Below are positions 39,885 through 48,636 of a DNA stretch of 64,000 bases, piece by piece. The stretch is taken from contig JAQOWU010000007.1 of the NCBI GenBank assembly GCA_030867685.1, positions 558,001-622,000 on the forward strand, in the 5' to 3' direction. The notes beneath the pieces were generated by a model. That model saw only the letters and a program-made list of their open reading frames with translations. It was not told where the DNA came from and did no database searches. This DNA is from Wickerhamiella versatilis (Eukaryota). The first letter of the stretch is position 1. Every line of letters starts with the position of its first letter. The position numbers were made by a program, and so were the translations under genes.

Positions 39885-40508
39885 CTAAAGAAGCTGAAGC
39901 TTGCTAAACAATCTCCCCGTATTTGTGGAAGAGGAGGAAGAAGCAGGTAGTCTTTGTCTCAAGGCTGCAGCAATTCGCGTCTTATTCTGCTCCTCTGCCG
40001 TATCCTTGTATACTGCTGCAGCCGCCTCTGTCTCGCGAACTAGCCGCTCTGCGCCAGTAATGTCCCCATTTTCGATAAGCTGGGAAACCTCATTAGACAG
40101 ATTATCCGCATCTATGGATTTTGCATTGTAAAGAACCTGGAGTACTTGATTCACGCGTTGGACAATGGCATCCAGCCGTGTCATCTCCGCTAAAACGGGA
40201 CTATCAAGCGTGGGCTGCAGCGTGGCGACCAGCTTTTCTCCAGTCGTTTGCTGCATTGCCTCAAACGCAGCAGAATCATTTTCCAATAGTTCTTTTTCAT
40301 TGGGCAGTCTTTTTTCTGATTTTTCGATTAATTCAAGCGTTTTGTCCAGAGCCCCGGCGACTTCATGGCTTAACGTGTCTAGTGAGGCCATAAGCTCCAC
40401 CGCATCTGTATAGCATGCGTCAAGCCGTGTAGCAGTTTTTGGCAGGGACCGGTTTAGCTTTTCGACGGCCGAGAAATCCGCCGCCAGATATTCCTCGCCG
40501 TCGTCCAT
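39885..40508 (-). CDS. Short helical protein, probably COG complex subunit Cog7
   Basis: F....LN start and 'LDKT......RLP.E.E.L' pattern like the Cog7 N-terminal region; ATG at 40508. Confidence 0.55.
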   Translation of the reverse strand: MDDGEEYLAADFSAVEKLNRSLPKTATRLDACYTDAVELMASLDTLSHEVAGALDKTLELIEKSEKRLPNEKELLENDSAAFEAMQQTTGEKLVATLQPTLDSPVLAEMTRLDAIVQRVNQVLQVLYNAKSIDADNLSNEVSQLIENGDITGAERLVRETEAAAAVYKDTAEEQNKTRIAAALRQRLPASSSSSTNTGRLFSKLQLL

Positions 40509-40747
40509 GTAAGCTCTTAGTAGGCACACCTACGAAAAAGAACATGTGAATACCGATGCAGGTTAGCGGCATTTCCCAACCTTATTCTCCATTTCGAAAG
40601 CTTAAATCCTGAATTCTTTTAAAATAATCTAACCTTTTTGCCTTCTGTAATACAAACAGCTTGTGATTCGACTGAAATCAGTAGTTTCTAATCATCTTTT
40701 TTGATAGGGAATTATATTGTACATATGTCTCGTGACTATCAATAATC

Positions 40748-40849
40748 GACGACGTGGCCGAGTGGTCTATGGCGCAGGATTAAGGTCTCTTCATCAGAGG
40801 TTGTACTCCTGTCTCTACGGGGGCGAGGGTTCGAATCCCTTCGTCGTCA
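40748..40849 (+). tRNA. tRNA-Leu(AAG) with a 20-nt intron
   Basis: Acceptor GACGACG/CGTCGTC, A box TGGCCGAGTGG, anticodon stem CAGGA/TCCTG with TT-AAG-G, intron after position 37, long variable arm, T loop GGTTCGAATCC, downstream T-run. Confidence 0.92.
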
Positions 40850-41211
40850 CCATCTTTTTGCTTTTTTGAATGATCGAATATTCGCTTTTTTTTTGACTAT
40901 TGTTTCACTAGCTCAAGCTTCAGTAGGCTTCAGAGTTGTACATGAACGCGGCAACTGCCGTTGTCGCCGCGCATACAACAAATTGCCTGGGATGAGGAAG
41001 CAGACAGGCAGGTGGGTGCACAAGAAAGGCCTTAGGATAATATTGGAAGAGTAAAAAAAGCACAATAATATTGCATGTGGTGCTCTTGATGCACATAATT
41101 TTTCTCATTATGATCCATTAGTATATAAATGCATAGATATCTTGAAAGGTGGAGATAGTAGTGGGACGGGAAGCAGTCTGACACACTTGTCGTGTTTACC
41201 TAACCCAATCG

Positions 41212-43107
41212 ATGAACCGCGACAGGCGGTTCACCTCAATATTTCGAGGTACACAACATCCAGCAGGACCGCGTACGCGTCGGTTAAGCACTTCTGGAGC
41301 GGCAAAACCTGTTCACGGTGTTTTTACACCTCGAGAAGCTCGCCGACCACCACATGTATCAACAACACCCAGTTCTGACGCAGAGCCGCCTTCCCGTAAA
41401 CAGCGCATTTCACCTGAAACTTTACCACCACAGGATACAGATCACGCATCTCTTTATGAAAATTGGGCCGAGCCAGTTCAGAAGACGCGTTTTGCAACAA
41501 ATATTGCAGATGGACTACGAAAATTAGGTATATTATTTCCCCCACCACGACGTGATGGGTGGCTTAACGATGGAGACGTCTGGAAGATAATCTATGCCCT
41601 TGGAATTCGCGTCATAGGTTCAATTGAAGGGCCGCCGTCTGCCTTGACCGCGAAGGCGATACTGGATTCACTGCAGTGTCCCTACACCTCTGCAGTGGTT
41701 ATGGCTGTATTGGAAATCCCATCCTGTGCACCAGCATGGCCCCTCACACTGGGCGTCTTGGACTGGCTTGTTCGTATTGTTTTGCGAGCAAGCATGCCAG
41801 CATCGCCTTATAGCGCAAGTGAAAGCATCAAGGACGTGGTTGATTATCATAAACAAGTGGAATATCAAGCTTTTCTTGCTCTAGTCAATGGTGGAGGGCG
41901 CCCCGCCGCTGAACGGTGCCTTAATGAGGGTATGGCCGGATTATCGAAGTACGCCGGCCAGCTTGAGTCTGAGGCTGAGGCACTGAACCAACGTTTGGAG
42001 GAGGTCAAGGAGCAGGATCAACTTAAACTGGAGCTGGAGACATTACAGTCCGAGACAGCAAGTAAACAAATTAATATAGACGCTGTTCAAGCCCAGCTTT
42101 CTGAACTTCAGGAAGCCGCTGCTGAATCTGAGGAACAATGCGTGTCGCTACGGGATGAATACTCGGCCATTGAGGCCAAGAGTGCTAAGGCAGGGCTTTC
42201 TATGGAATCTCTCACAGATCTAATAGATCAAAAACGAAGATACCGAAGGGATCTACGTCGCCTAAAACCCGAGTGCTTTGCGCTTAAGACACAACTAGAG
42301 ACTGACCACCTTAGGGTGCTTCAATCTCGTTATGCCACGATCAGCACTGCATTGTCAGCCTTGAATTCAGGAGGAGTGCCGCCTGAACTGCGCTTGGAAT
42401 TCCACGGTAATCCACTATATCGATTAGGGGAGGATTTGGAAATGCTACTGGGCAATCGAAGTATTTCGGTACTGCTAAGCAACTGGGAAGAGGCAGTTAC
42501 TGATCTAAGACAACAGGTGTTAAAATCACAGGAGTGGCAAACGGCAGATCGCGAACAGCTTGAGCGCTCGAATAATGAATTGCGGCTGCTTAGAACTGAT
42601 CTCGACTCACTTACCACGGCAAACCGGTCACTGGCCCAGGAATTGACAGCATTGGCCAGAAGAACCAGCCAAGAGGGAGCCAGTTTGTCGGAGTTGCGGG
42701 ACCGAACCCTCAATCGACTTTCTGAACAACAAAAACGGCTTGATGAACAAATTGCGAGTCTCCAGGAGAAGACTGCCGTATGCGAAGCGGAGATTAGGGC
42801 TTACGATGCACGGGTTCACAAAGAAATCTCGCCAAAGCGCACTGAGGCTGCGGCTCGGCGGGAACTTCACAGACTCGTTTACGAGCAGGTGAGCCGCAAG
42901 ATCGGGGACCTGGCAGAGATTGGCAACAGTCTGGCCACTTCTTTAGGTGAAGCTCGGAAGAAGCGCGAGCAGCTCGTAATTGCTGACAACTTTGCTGCAC
43001 AAGAGCAACCTGGGGATATCCATGCAGCGGCACGGGAAGAAGCAGGTGCATTAGCAGCAAAACATGAAGAAAGGCTCCAGGAGCTTGCAAGACAGAGCTT
43101 TTCCTAG
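41212..43107 (+). CDS. NDC80: Divergent kinetochore protein Ndc80/Hec1
   Basis: Basic tail with Aurora-type R-x-S/T sites, CH-domain end L.CPY...WP..LG.LDWLV, long coiled coil with a central loop. Confidence 0.7.
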   Translation: MNRDRRFTSIFRGTQHPAGPRTRRLSTSGAAKPVHGVFTPREARRPPHVSTTPSSDAEPPSRKQRISPETLPPQDTDHASLYENWAEPVQKTRFATNIADGLRKLGILFPPPRRDGWLNDGDVWKIIYALGIRVIGSIEGPPSALTAKAILDSLQCPYTSAVVMAVLEIPSCAPAWPLTLGVLDWLVRIVLRASMPASPYSASESIKDVVDYHKQVEYQAFLALVNGGGRPAAERCLNEGMAGLSKYAGQLESEAEALNQRLEEVKEQDQLKLELETLQSETASKQINIDAVQAQLSELQEAAAESEEQCVSLRDEYSAIEAKSAKAGLSMESLTDLIDQKRRYRRDLRRLKPECFALKTQLETDHLRVLQSRYATISTALSALNSGGVPPELRLEFHGNPLYRLGEDLEMLLGNRSISVLLSNWEEAVTDLRQQVLKSQEWQTADREQLERSNNELRLLRTDLDSLTTANRSLAQELTALARRTSQEGASLSELRDRTLNRLSEQQKRLDEQIASLQEKTAVCEAEIRAYDARVHKEISPKRTEAAARRELHRLVYEQVSRKIGDLAEIGNSLATSLGEARKKREQLVIADNFAAQEQPGDIHAAAREEAGALAAKHEERLQELARQSFS

Positions 43108-43317
43108 ACCTAATATTAATCCCTCTCTCGACTGTCATCACTATTTATTCGATACATAAAAATAATAACCTTTTTTTCTTTTTCTATTATTATTCGAAAT
43201 CGTCCTAAATAACGTGCGTGGTTGCCCCGATGCATTCTCAATATTACGCACACTCTCCACATTTTGCTATAAAGGGCCCCGTTACGTAACGAGTTTAGGC
43301 CACCGTGATTACTTGTG

Positions 43318-43833
43318 ATGCTTGTTATCTTGGGGGGCCCAGCGGGCAGTGGAAAAAGTACAGTATGCGAGAAATTAGCAAAGGAAATGGGTGTTCCTTG
43401 GATCGATGGGGACGACCTTCATCCACAGGCGAATGTGGAGAAAATGGCGCACAACATCCCGCTAACCGACGATGATCGGTGGGGATGGCTGCGGATCATC
43501 GCGGAGAAAGGATCTCAGGAGGCGGAAAAAAGTGATAAGCATATCTGTATAGTGGCATGCTCTGCACTTACGAAGAAATATCGTGATTTCCTTCGAGAGC
43601 ATTCCAAGGAACCGTTGGTCATAGTATTTATCCACTCAACTTTTGAGAAGTTATACGACAGGGTTAGTCGCCGGTCTGGCCACTACATGAAAGCCGATAT
43701 GGTCAGGTCGCAGGTAAACCTTATGGAGATTCCTGAAAATGAACCGTACGTTATCAACTACGATACATGGGTCGACGAGCCGGAGTGCGAGAAAATACTG
43801 TGGCACTGGGCCAAGGAGTTGAATAAAAATTAA
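43318..43833 (+). CDS. Gluconokinase (GntK/IdnK family)
   Basis: GPAGSGKST, DGDDLHP.AN..KM, PLTDDDRWGWL, ACSAL.K.YRD, R.GHYMK. Confidence 0.93.
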   Translation: MLVILGGPAGSGKSTVCEKLAKEMGVPWIDGDDLHPQANVEKMAHNIPLTDDDRWGWLRIIAEKGSQEAEKSDKHICIVACSALTKKYRDFLREHSKEPLVIVFIHSTFEKLYDRVSRRSGHYMKADMVRSQVNLMEIPENEPYVINYDTWVDEPECEKILWHWAKELNKN

Positions 43834-43886
43834 GTATGCTACGTTGTATATGAACTCTATTCGTACATAAAATGCTCTATATAGAT

Positions 43887-45476
43887 TCAGTTATATAGTC
43901 GTGACGCATTTTTCTTTGATCCAGTCGACAAAAAGCGGCTTGACGCAAGGACATGGTTGAGACGGTGCTCGCAAAGGGTTTTAAGGTCATTAGCACCTTG
44001 GCGGTCGATAAAATTACAAGGAAATCGGTAGGATAGCCACAGAAACAGTGTAATAGTCTTATGTATACCCTCCAGGGAAATTGTGGGGACAGATCGAGCC
44101 GCAAGCACATCAACGATGCGAGCTTCTATTTCGACGACATTGCGGGAATCTCCCGAGCCAATAACTGCGCACATCCGCTTGAATGCATCCTCCACTTCAC
44201 CACCCATAGCCACAGGCGCATTAACCAACCGCAAGCGATCCTCCAGGGTAAGCCCGGGTACATCATCGCAAAGAGCGGCGACATCCGTGGCGGTGCCTTT
44301 TCTCGGACGTGCATAGTCTTTTCCTATTACAGCGGCATTGAACACGCGCTGCAATGTCCGGCTGAACAAGGCATCGCTAGTATCAAGCGTTGCCGCTCGA
44401 ACCACATTGGTGGGAGGCATGTAGACAGCATGGGTTATCATAGGTGTTTTTGCTGATAGCGCCCGTCGAACCAGTGGCTTGTCCTTCAGATTGGCGCAGT
44501 TGACAAGTCCCTTTCCTGAAGCCACCCCAAATCTTCCAGCACGCCCCGCTATCTGCTTGATGTGCGAAATGGACAATTTCTTGACCTTCTCACCATCAAA
44601 CTTTTTCACAGATGCGAAAATTACCCGACGGATGGCGAGATTCAGGCCCATCCCAATGGCATCACTTGCTACCAGATAGTCGACACCAGATCCCGGGGTA
44701 TTAAATAGGCGAGCCTGTTCCGCGCGCGTTTCAGGGGGAAGCGAACCGTATATTATTGCACATCTGCTATCCTTTGACTGCATAATGCGATCTCGAAGGG
44801 CCCGAACGTCCCGCTTCGAGAAGCATACGACACAGTCACCGGGCACCAAGGCTTTGAGCAGGGTGCTCGGAAGCATTTTCTCCTTGTCAACCTCCAGTGG
44901 CCCCAATCGATTATATCTCCGTATCTCCAGATCATCACCCATTTGTGAAGCAAGCGTCTTGACAATATCCTGGGAACTCGGATCGCCACACAAATGGATT
45001 TCTTTGGCTCTAGCACCCAGAAAAGCTCGGGTCCAAGCCCAGCCACGGTCTGGATCAGAGATCATTTGTATTTCATCAATAACAGCCACATCAAGGTGGC
45101 GTGAAATATCCAACATTTCAACAGTCCCGCTGCTGAGACCTACCGGCTTGCCTGTGGCCGGATCTGTGTCTTCTAAAATTTCGTCACCAGTGACTAGATT
45201 ACAGCGAAGATTCTCTAAATTCATTTTGTCGCGGATCTCTCTGGCCAGCATGCGAAGTGGCCCAGCATAAAAGCCATGCTGGGCGCGCTTAAAGCTCTGA
45301 AAAGCTGTGAATGATTTCCCAGAGTTTGTCGGCCCAATATGCAAAAAGACTTTACGCTTTAGTTTTAGGGCCTCCGGAAAAAGTCTTGCGGGACGACTTA
45401 CATCAATAGGGAGTAGTTTTGCCGATGGGTCTAACGGTTTCGTGCTTAAGCGGCGAAGCCATTGCATGCATTGCAT
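43887..45476 (-). CDS. SUV3: Mitochondrial degradosome RNA helicase Suv3
   Basis: GPTNSGKS, IDEIQMI.D.DRGWAW, IYGSLPPETR, ASDAIGMGLNL, QIAGRAGR. Confidence 0.95.
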   Translation of the reverse strand: MQCMQWLRRLSTKPLDPSAKLLPIDVSRPARLFPEALKLKRKVFLHIGPTNSGKSFTAFQSFKRAQHGFYAGPLRMLAREIRDKMNLENLRCNLVTGDEILEDTDPATGKPVGLSSGTVEMLDISRHLDVAVIDEIQMISDPDRGWAWTRAFLGARAKEIHLCGDPSSQDIVKTLASQMGDDLEIRRYNRLGPLEVDKEKMLPSTLLKALVPGDCVVCFSKRDVRALRDRIMQSKDSRCAIIYGSLPPETRAEQARLFNTPGSGVDYLVASDAIGMGLNLAIRRVIFASVKKFDGEKVKKLSISHIKQIAGRAGRFGVASGKGLVNCANLKDKPLVRRALSAKTPMITHAVYMPPTNVVRAATLDTSDALFSRTLQRVFNAAVIGKDYARPRKGTATDVAALCDDVPGLTLEDRLRLVNAPVAMGGEVEDAFKRMCAVIGSGDSRNVVEIEARIVDVLAARSVPTISLEGIHKTITLFLWLSYRFPCNFIDRQGANDLKTLCEHRLNHVLASSRFLSTGSKKNASRLYN

Positions 45477-45869
45477 GTGACAAAGCGATCCTACGACTTC
45501 GTCCCGAGCATGAATGAAGCCTTGGGAGATTGTTCGAAACTATTTTCTGAATTGGATACGGGATAAAGTTGAATAATTTTATTCTTATGATCTTCCCAGT
45601 GTAACTCACAACAAAAAGCTTATTTCAGAACAGCTTAAGCCGAAACTTTAAACTTCGTGAATTTCTCCTGCTTCCCCCAAGATCTGCTTTCAGGCATATT
45701 CGCGTAGGTAAAAAATGCCCATTGGAAGTGTCCTGGCTTGGTATAAAGTGAAGTTCACCCAACCGTAAACTACCTCAACAACCGTACACGTGATAATGGC
45801 TGAATAACGAGATATATTTAGGGTGTGAGGTGTACTTATCAATAAACAAGCAAGGGGTGATTTCGTGTA

Positions 45870-46466
45870 ATGACATACTTTGACGATCTACCACGCGGAT
45901 TTGAAAAAGTTCATGTGTCTGAAGGTGAGGAGATTGCCACGACCGATTTTTTGGAGGCAGCTGAAGGGGTTGTGAACCTGTTTGACTTATTTGGCTCCTC
46001 AGCCTTTTCACCTGTCCAGAGTGATATGACTGGCAACATAAAAAAGATCAGGGAGCGACAACAAGCGTTAGGCGAGGAGAAAGGCTCGACCCTCCAAAAG
46101 ATCGTGCTCTCTGAGGTTACGGAGAAGAAAAAGACCGCAACTCAAGGACTTCTGTGGCTTACTCGTGGGCTGCAATTCACCGCAGTGGCATTGCGTAGGA
46201 ACGTCGATAATTCCAGTGAAGAGCTCTCGTCTTCATTCACGAAAGCCTACGGAGACACCCTCTCGAAATATCATACCATCATGATCAGGCCGGTGTTTCG
46301 CCTTGCCATGAAGGCTTGCCCATGGCGTAAGGACTTTTATGAAAAGCTTGGTACACCTTTGTCAAAGGTAATGGAACAGCTTGAGTCGTGGCTGGCCGCT
46401 CTCGAGAAAATAGTTCACATAATCCAGACATTCCTTGAAAGTGGAAATTATGCTAAAGGGCTCTAG
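45870..46466 (+). CDS. Glycolipid transfer protein (GLTP/HET-C2 family)
   Basis: FSPVQSDMTGNIKK, ATQGLLWLTRGL, AY..TL..YH, ACP.R.DFY. Confidence 0.93.
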   Translation: MTYFDDLPRGFEKVHVSEGEEIATTDFLEAAEGVVNLFDLFGSSAFSPVQSDMTGNIKKIRERQQALGEEKGSTLQKIVLSEVTEKKKTATQGLLWLTRGLQFTAVALRRNVDNSSEELSSSFTKAYGDTLSKYHTIMIRPVFRLAMKACPWRKDFYEKLGTPLSKVMEQLESWLAALEKIVHIIQTFLESGNYAKGL

Positions 46467-46592
46467 TTTTAATCTGTTTTAATCTTCTTTAAGATGGCCT
46501 TGCTATACGATGGTTGTTTTTTTGGTCATATCTATAGTATAATATAATAAAATAAATAAACTCAACAAGGTCCTGCTGACTAACGGCACGAT

Positions 46593-47519
46593 ATGCGGGA
46601 CGCAGCGGTGGACCTCTGTCGAGGATTTGCTGTTCTGGAAATGGAACTGGCTAATAGGTCGTCGAAGGTGGCACATGCTCCAATAGGCGCGGATTATATG
46701 ACCTATGCAGACACTATCTTTCCAATGTTCGCCTTTTTGGCGGGGACTCACAGACCACGACTATCGCGTAGTTTCACCACAGTAGGACTTGGAATTGCTT
46801 ATAATTTCTGTAAAGAGTGGCCCTTGGGGGGGCCAGCACCAAAGCAAGTCCGTCCTTTCGGTGTGCTGCAAAGGCTGGGCCTAGCCTCACTGCTGTACGC
46901 TGCGGGGTCCCCTAGCAGTTGCATACTTCCTGTTACTTTGAGCATATTATGGCTCTCTTTAACCCTTGGACTCAGTGAAAATCCCGAAAAGCCTTATAAT
47001 ACCCCTCAAAAATCTGCACAAACGCGAATTGACCGCACATTATTACCACCAGGATGCCGGCTATATGCTGATTCGTATGATCCAGAAGGGCTTTTGGGAA
47101 CACTAACCACGGCAGTGAGTATGTGGTTCGGTGGCTGGGTGAATTACTATAAACCATCGTTTAACGAGGGGTTTGTTACTTCGCTGAGCTTAATGTCAAT
47201 GGGGTATATGACAAGCTATGCTTTCCCGCATGTGTTTCCTGTGTCTAAGCCGTTTTGGACACTCAGCTTTACCATGGTCACGAGTGGCCTGTCATTGCTG
47301 AAGTATATATTGGCCAAGGTAATCGTGCAATACGTTCCTCTTCGACCCATTCAAGTGCTTGGTCGTCACTCATTGGCAGCATTCGTACTCTCAGAAATTC
47401 TACAGAAGGTGGGATTTTATGATCTAGTAAGAAAACGCTTCCGAAATGATATCGTGGCTGATCTCGCAGCATCAGCCTCGGGGGCGGTCGCAATGATTCT
47501 GATGACCCTTGTTCTTTAA
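46593..47519 (+). CDS. HGSNAT/NagX-like multipass membrane acetyltransferase
   Basis: D.CRG, HA.....T.AD.IFP.F.F.AG, GVLQRLGL, DPEGLLGTL, SKPFWTLSF, LGRHSL. Confidence 0.85.
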   Translation: MRDAAVDLCRGFAVLEMELANRSSKVAHAPIGADYMTYADTIFPMFAFLAGTHRPRLSRSFTTVGLGIAYNFCKEWPLGGPAPKQVRPFGVLQRLGLASLLYAAGSPSSCILPVTLSILWLSLTLGLSENPEKPYNTPQKSAQTRIDRTLLPPGCRLYADSYDPEGLLGTLTTAVSMWFGGWVNYYKPSFNEGFVTSLSLMSMGYMTSYAFPHVFPVSKPFWTLSFTMVTSGLSLLKYILAKVIVQYVPLRPIQVLGRHSLAAFVLSEILQKVGFYDLVRKRFRNDIVADLAASASGAVAMILMTLVL

Positions 47520-47567
47520 TTTATTTTAGGTTATTTTACAATACTGTGTAACTTTTATCTCACTAAA

Positions 47568-48575
47568 CTAGCACGCTGGTGGAAGGGTTGCGAACGTTAA
47601 GTAGGATGTATGCGATTTTACCGTGGTCTCAGTCCAGGATACTGGATCCCACTGATATCCTTCCTGTCCTTCCTTTACTCGTAGGCCTCGACCCCATGGA
47701 TTGAAAGCATCTCGCTTTCGTTTAAGATTATTGTATTCATCCTCTGATAGTCTACCGTGACGTCGATCCAGTCCTTCCTGGCGGCGGGCACGAACATCCC
47801 TCAAAACGTTCATGGCATCTTCCACAGAGCGGTGCATTACCCAATGGCCTTCCCATCTTCTTGCCTGGTTTTCCACCATTTCAATATTCCGGAATCCAGA
47901 CTTCTGCAGAGCCTGAACCGTTTTTATCACCTGCTCAATGCAAGGACTGAAGCAGCAGATACGAGCCTGCTGAGTTCGATCGAGATGACCTTCCAGCAGA
48001 GGGACCGCGAGCCAGGGAGAAGGCAAGTCTAGGAATACAGCGGACGCATTAATTGGTTCATTTATGTCGAAACTGTCCTGGCACACGTTGCGGTGGGTCA
48101 CCCGTATTCTATCCCCTAAACCATGCTCTTGGAAATCTCTCTTCGCCTCCTCAGAACGCGCCTGATGATACTCAAAGGTGTAAATTAAACCAGCATTACC
48201 CACAGCTCGGGCAAAAACATGCGTTAGAGCGCCTGAACCTGTGCCAGCCTCGATGATTCTTGACCCAGGCCCAATTCGTAGTCGATCACATATGTACGAC
48301 GCATCTGGACTATAGACAATTTGAGTGCGGTGTGGTAAGCTCTGCATCCACAATTCGGGCGTAGGTGCCATTATATGGATAAATCCTGGGCCATTTTCAC
48401 AAGCAAGTTGGCTGCCATACTTACGTCCAATGAAGCTGTCATGTTTGAAGCCACCATAACGTGTTTGAATTACCTCACCTTTTGTGACCCTGATTGGACG
48501 TATATCATCTCGTCTAATCCAAGCCAGCAGTAAGTCACCCTCTTCCACCAAAGTTTTTCTATGCGTAAAAGACAT
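47568..48575 (-). CDS. GCD14: tRNA m1A58 methyltransferase catalytic subunit
   Basis: PTPELW..SLPHRTQIVY, EAGTGSG, FLDLPSPW, CFSPCIEQV, HTSYLTFA (Trm61/Gcd14). Confidence 0.96.
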   Translation of the reverse strand: MSFTHRKTLVEEGDLLLAWIRRDDIRPIRVTKGEVIQTRYGGFKHDSFIGRKYGSQLACENGPGFIHIMAPTPELWMQSLPHRTQIVYSPDASYICDRLRIGPGSRIIEAGTGSGALTHVFARAVGNAGLIYTFEYHQARSEEAKRDFQEHGLGDRIRVTHRNVCQDSFDINEPINASAVFLDLPSPWLAVPLLEGHLDRTQQARICCFSPCIEQVIKTVQALQKSGFRNIEMVENQARRWEGHWVMHRSVEDAMNVLRDVRARRQEGLDRRHGRLSEDEYNNLKRKRDAFNPWGRGLRVKEGQEGYQWDPVSWTETTVKSHTSYLTFATLPPAC

Positions 48576-48603
48576 ATCAACCAGAGAAATCCTTCCCAGG
48601 TTG

Positions 48604-48612
48604 TGAAAAATT
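48604..48612 (+). promoter_or_regulatory. RRPE-like element TGAAAAATT in the shared TRM61/UTP14 promoter
   Basis: Motif within the 61-bp divergent gap between two ribosome/tRNA-biogenesis genes. Confidence 0.5.
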
Positions 48613-48636
48613 ATATAATCATTTGACTTTTTCTCT

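Noticed and set aside
43318-43833. Gluconokinase as a bacterial horizontal transfer
   Set aside because: The family is native to yeasts and nothing in the sequence or context looks foreign; only a phylogeny could revive the idea.
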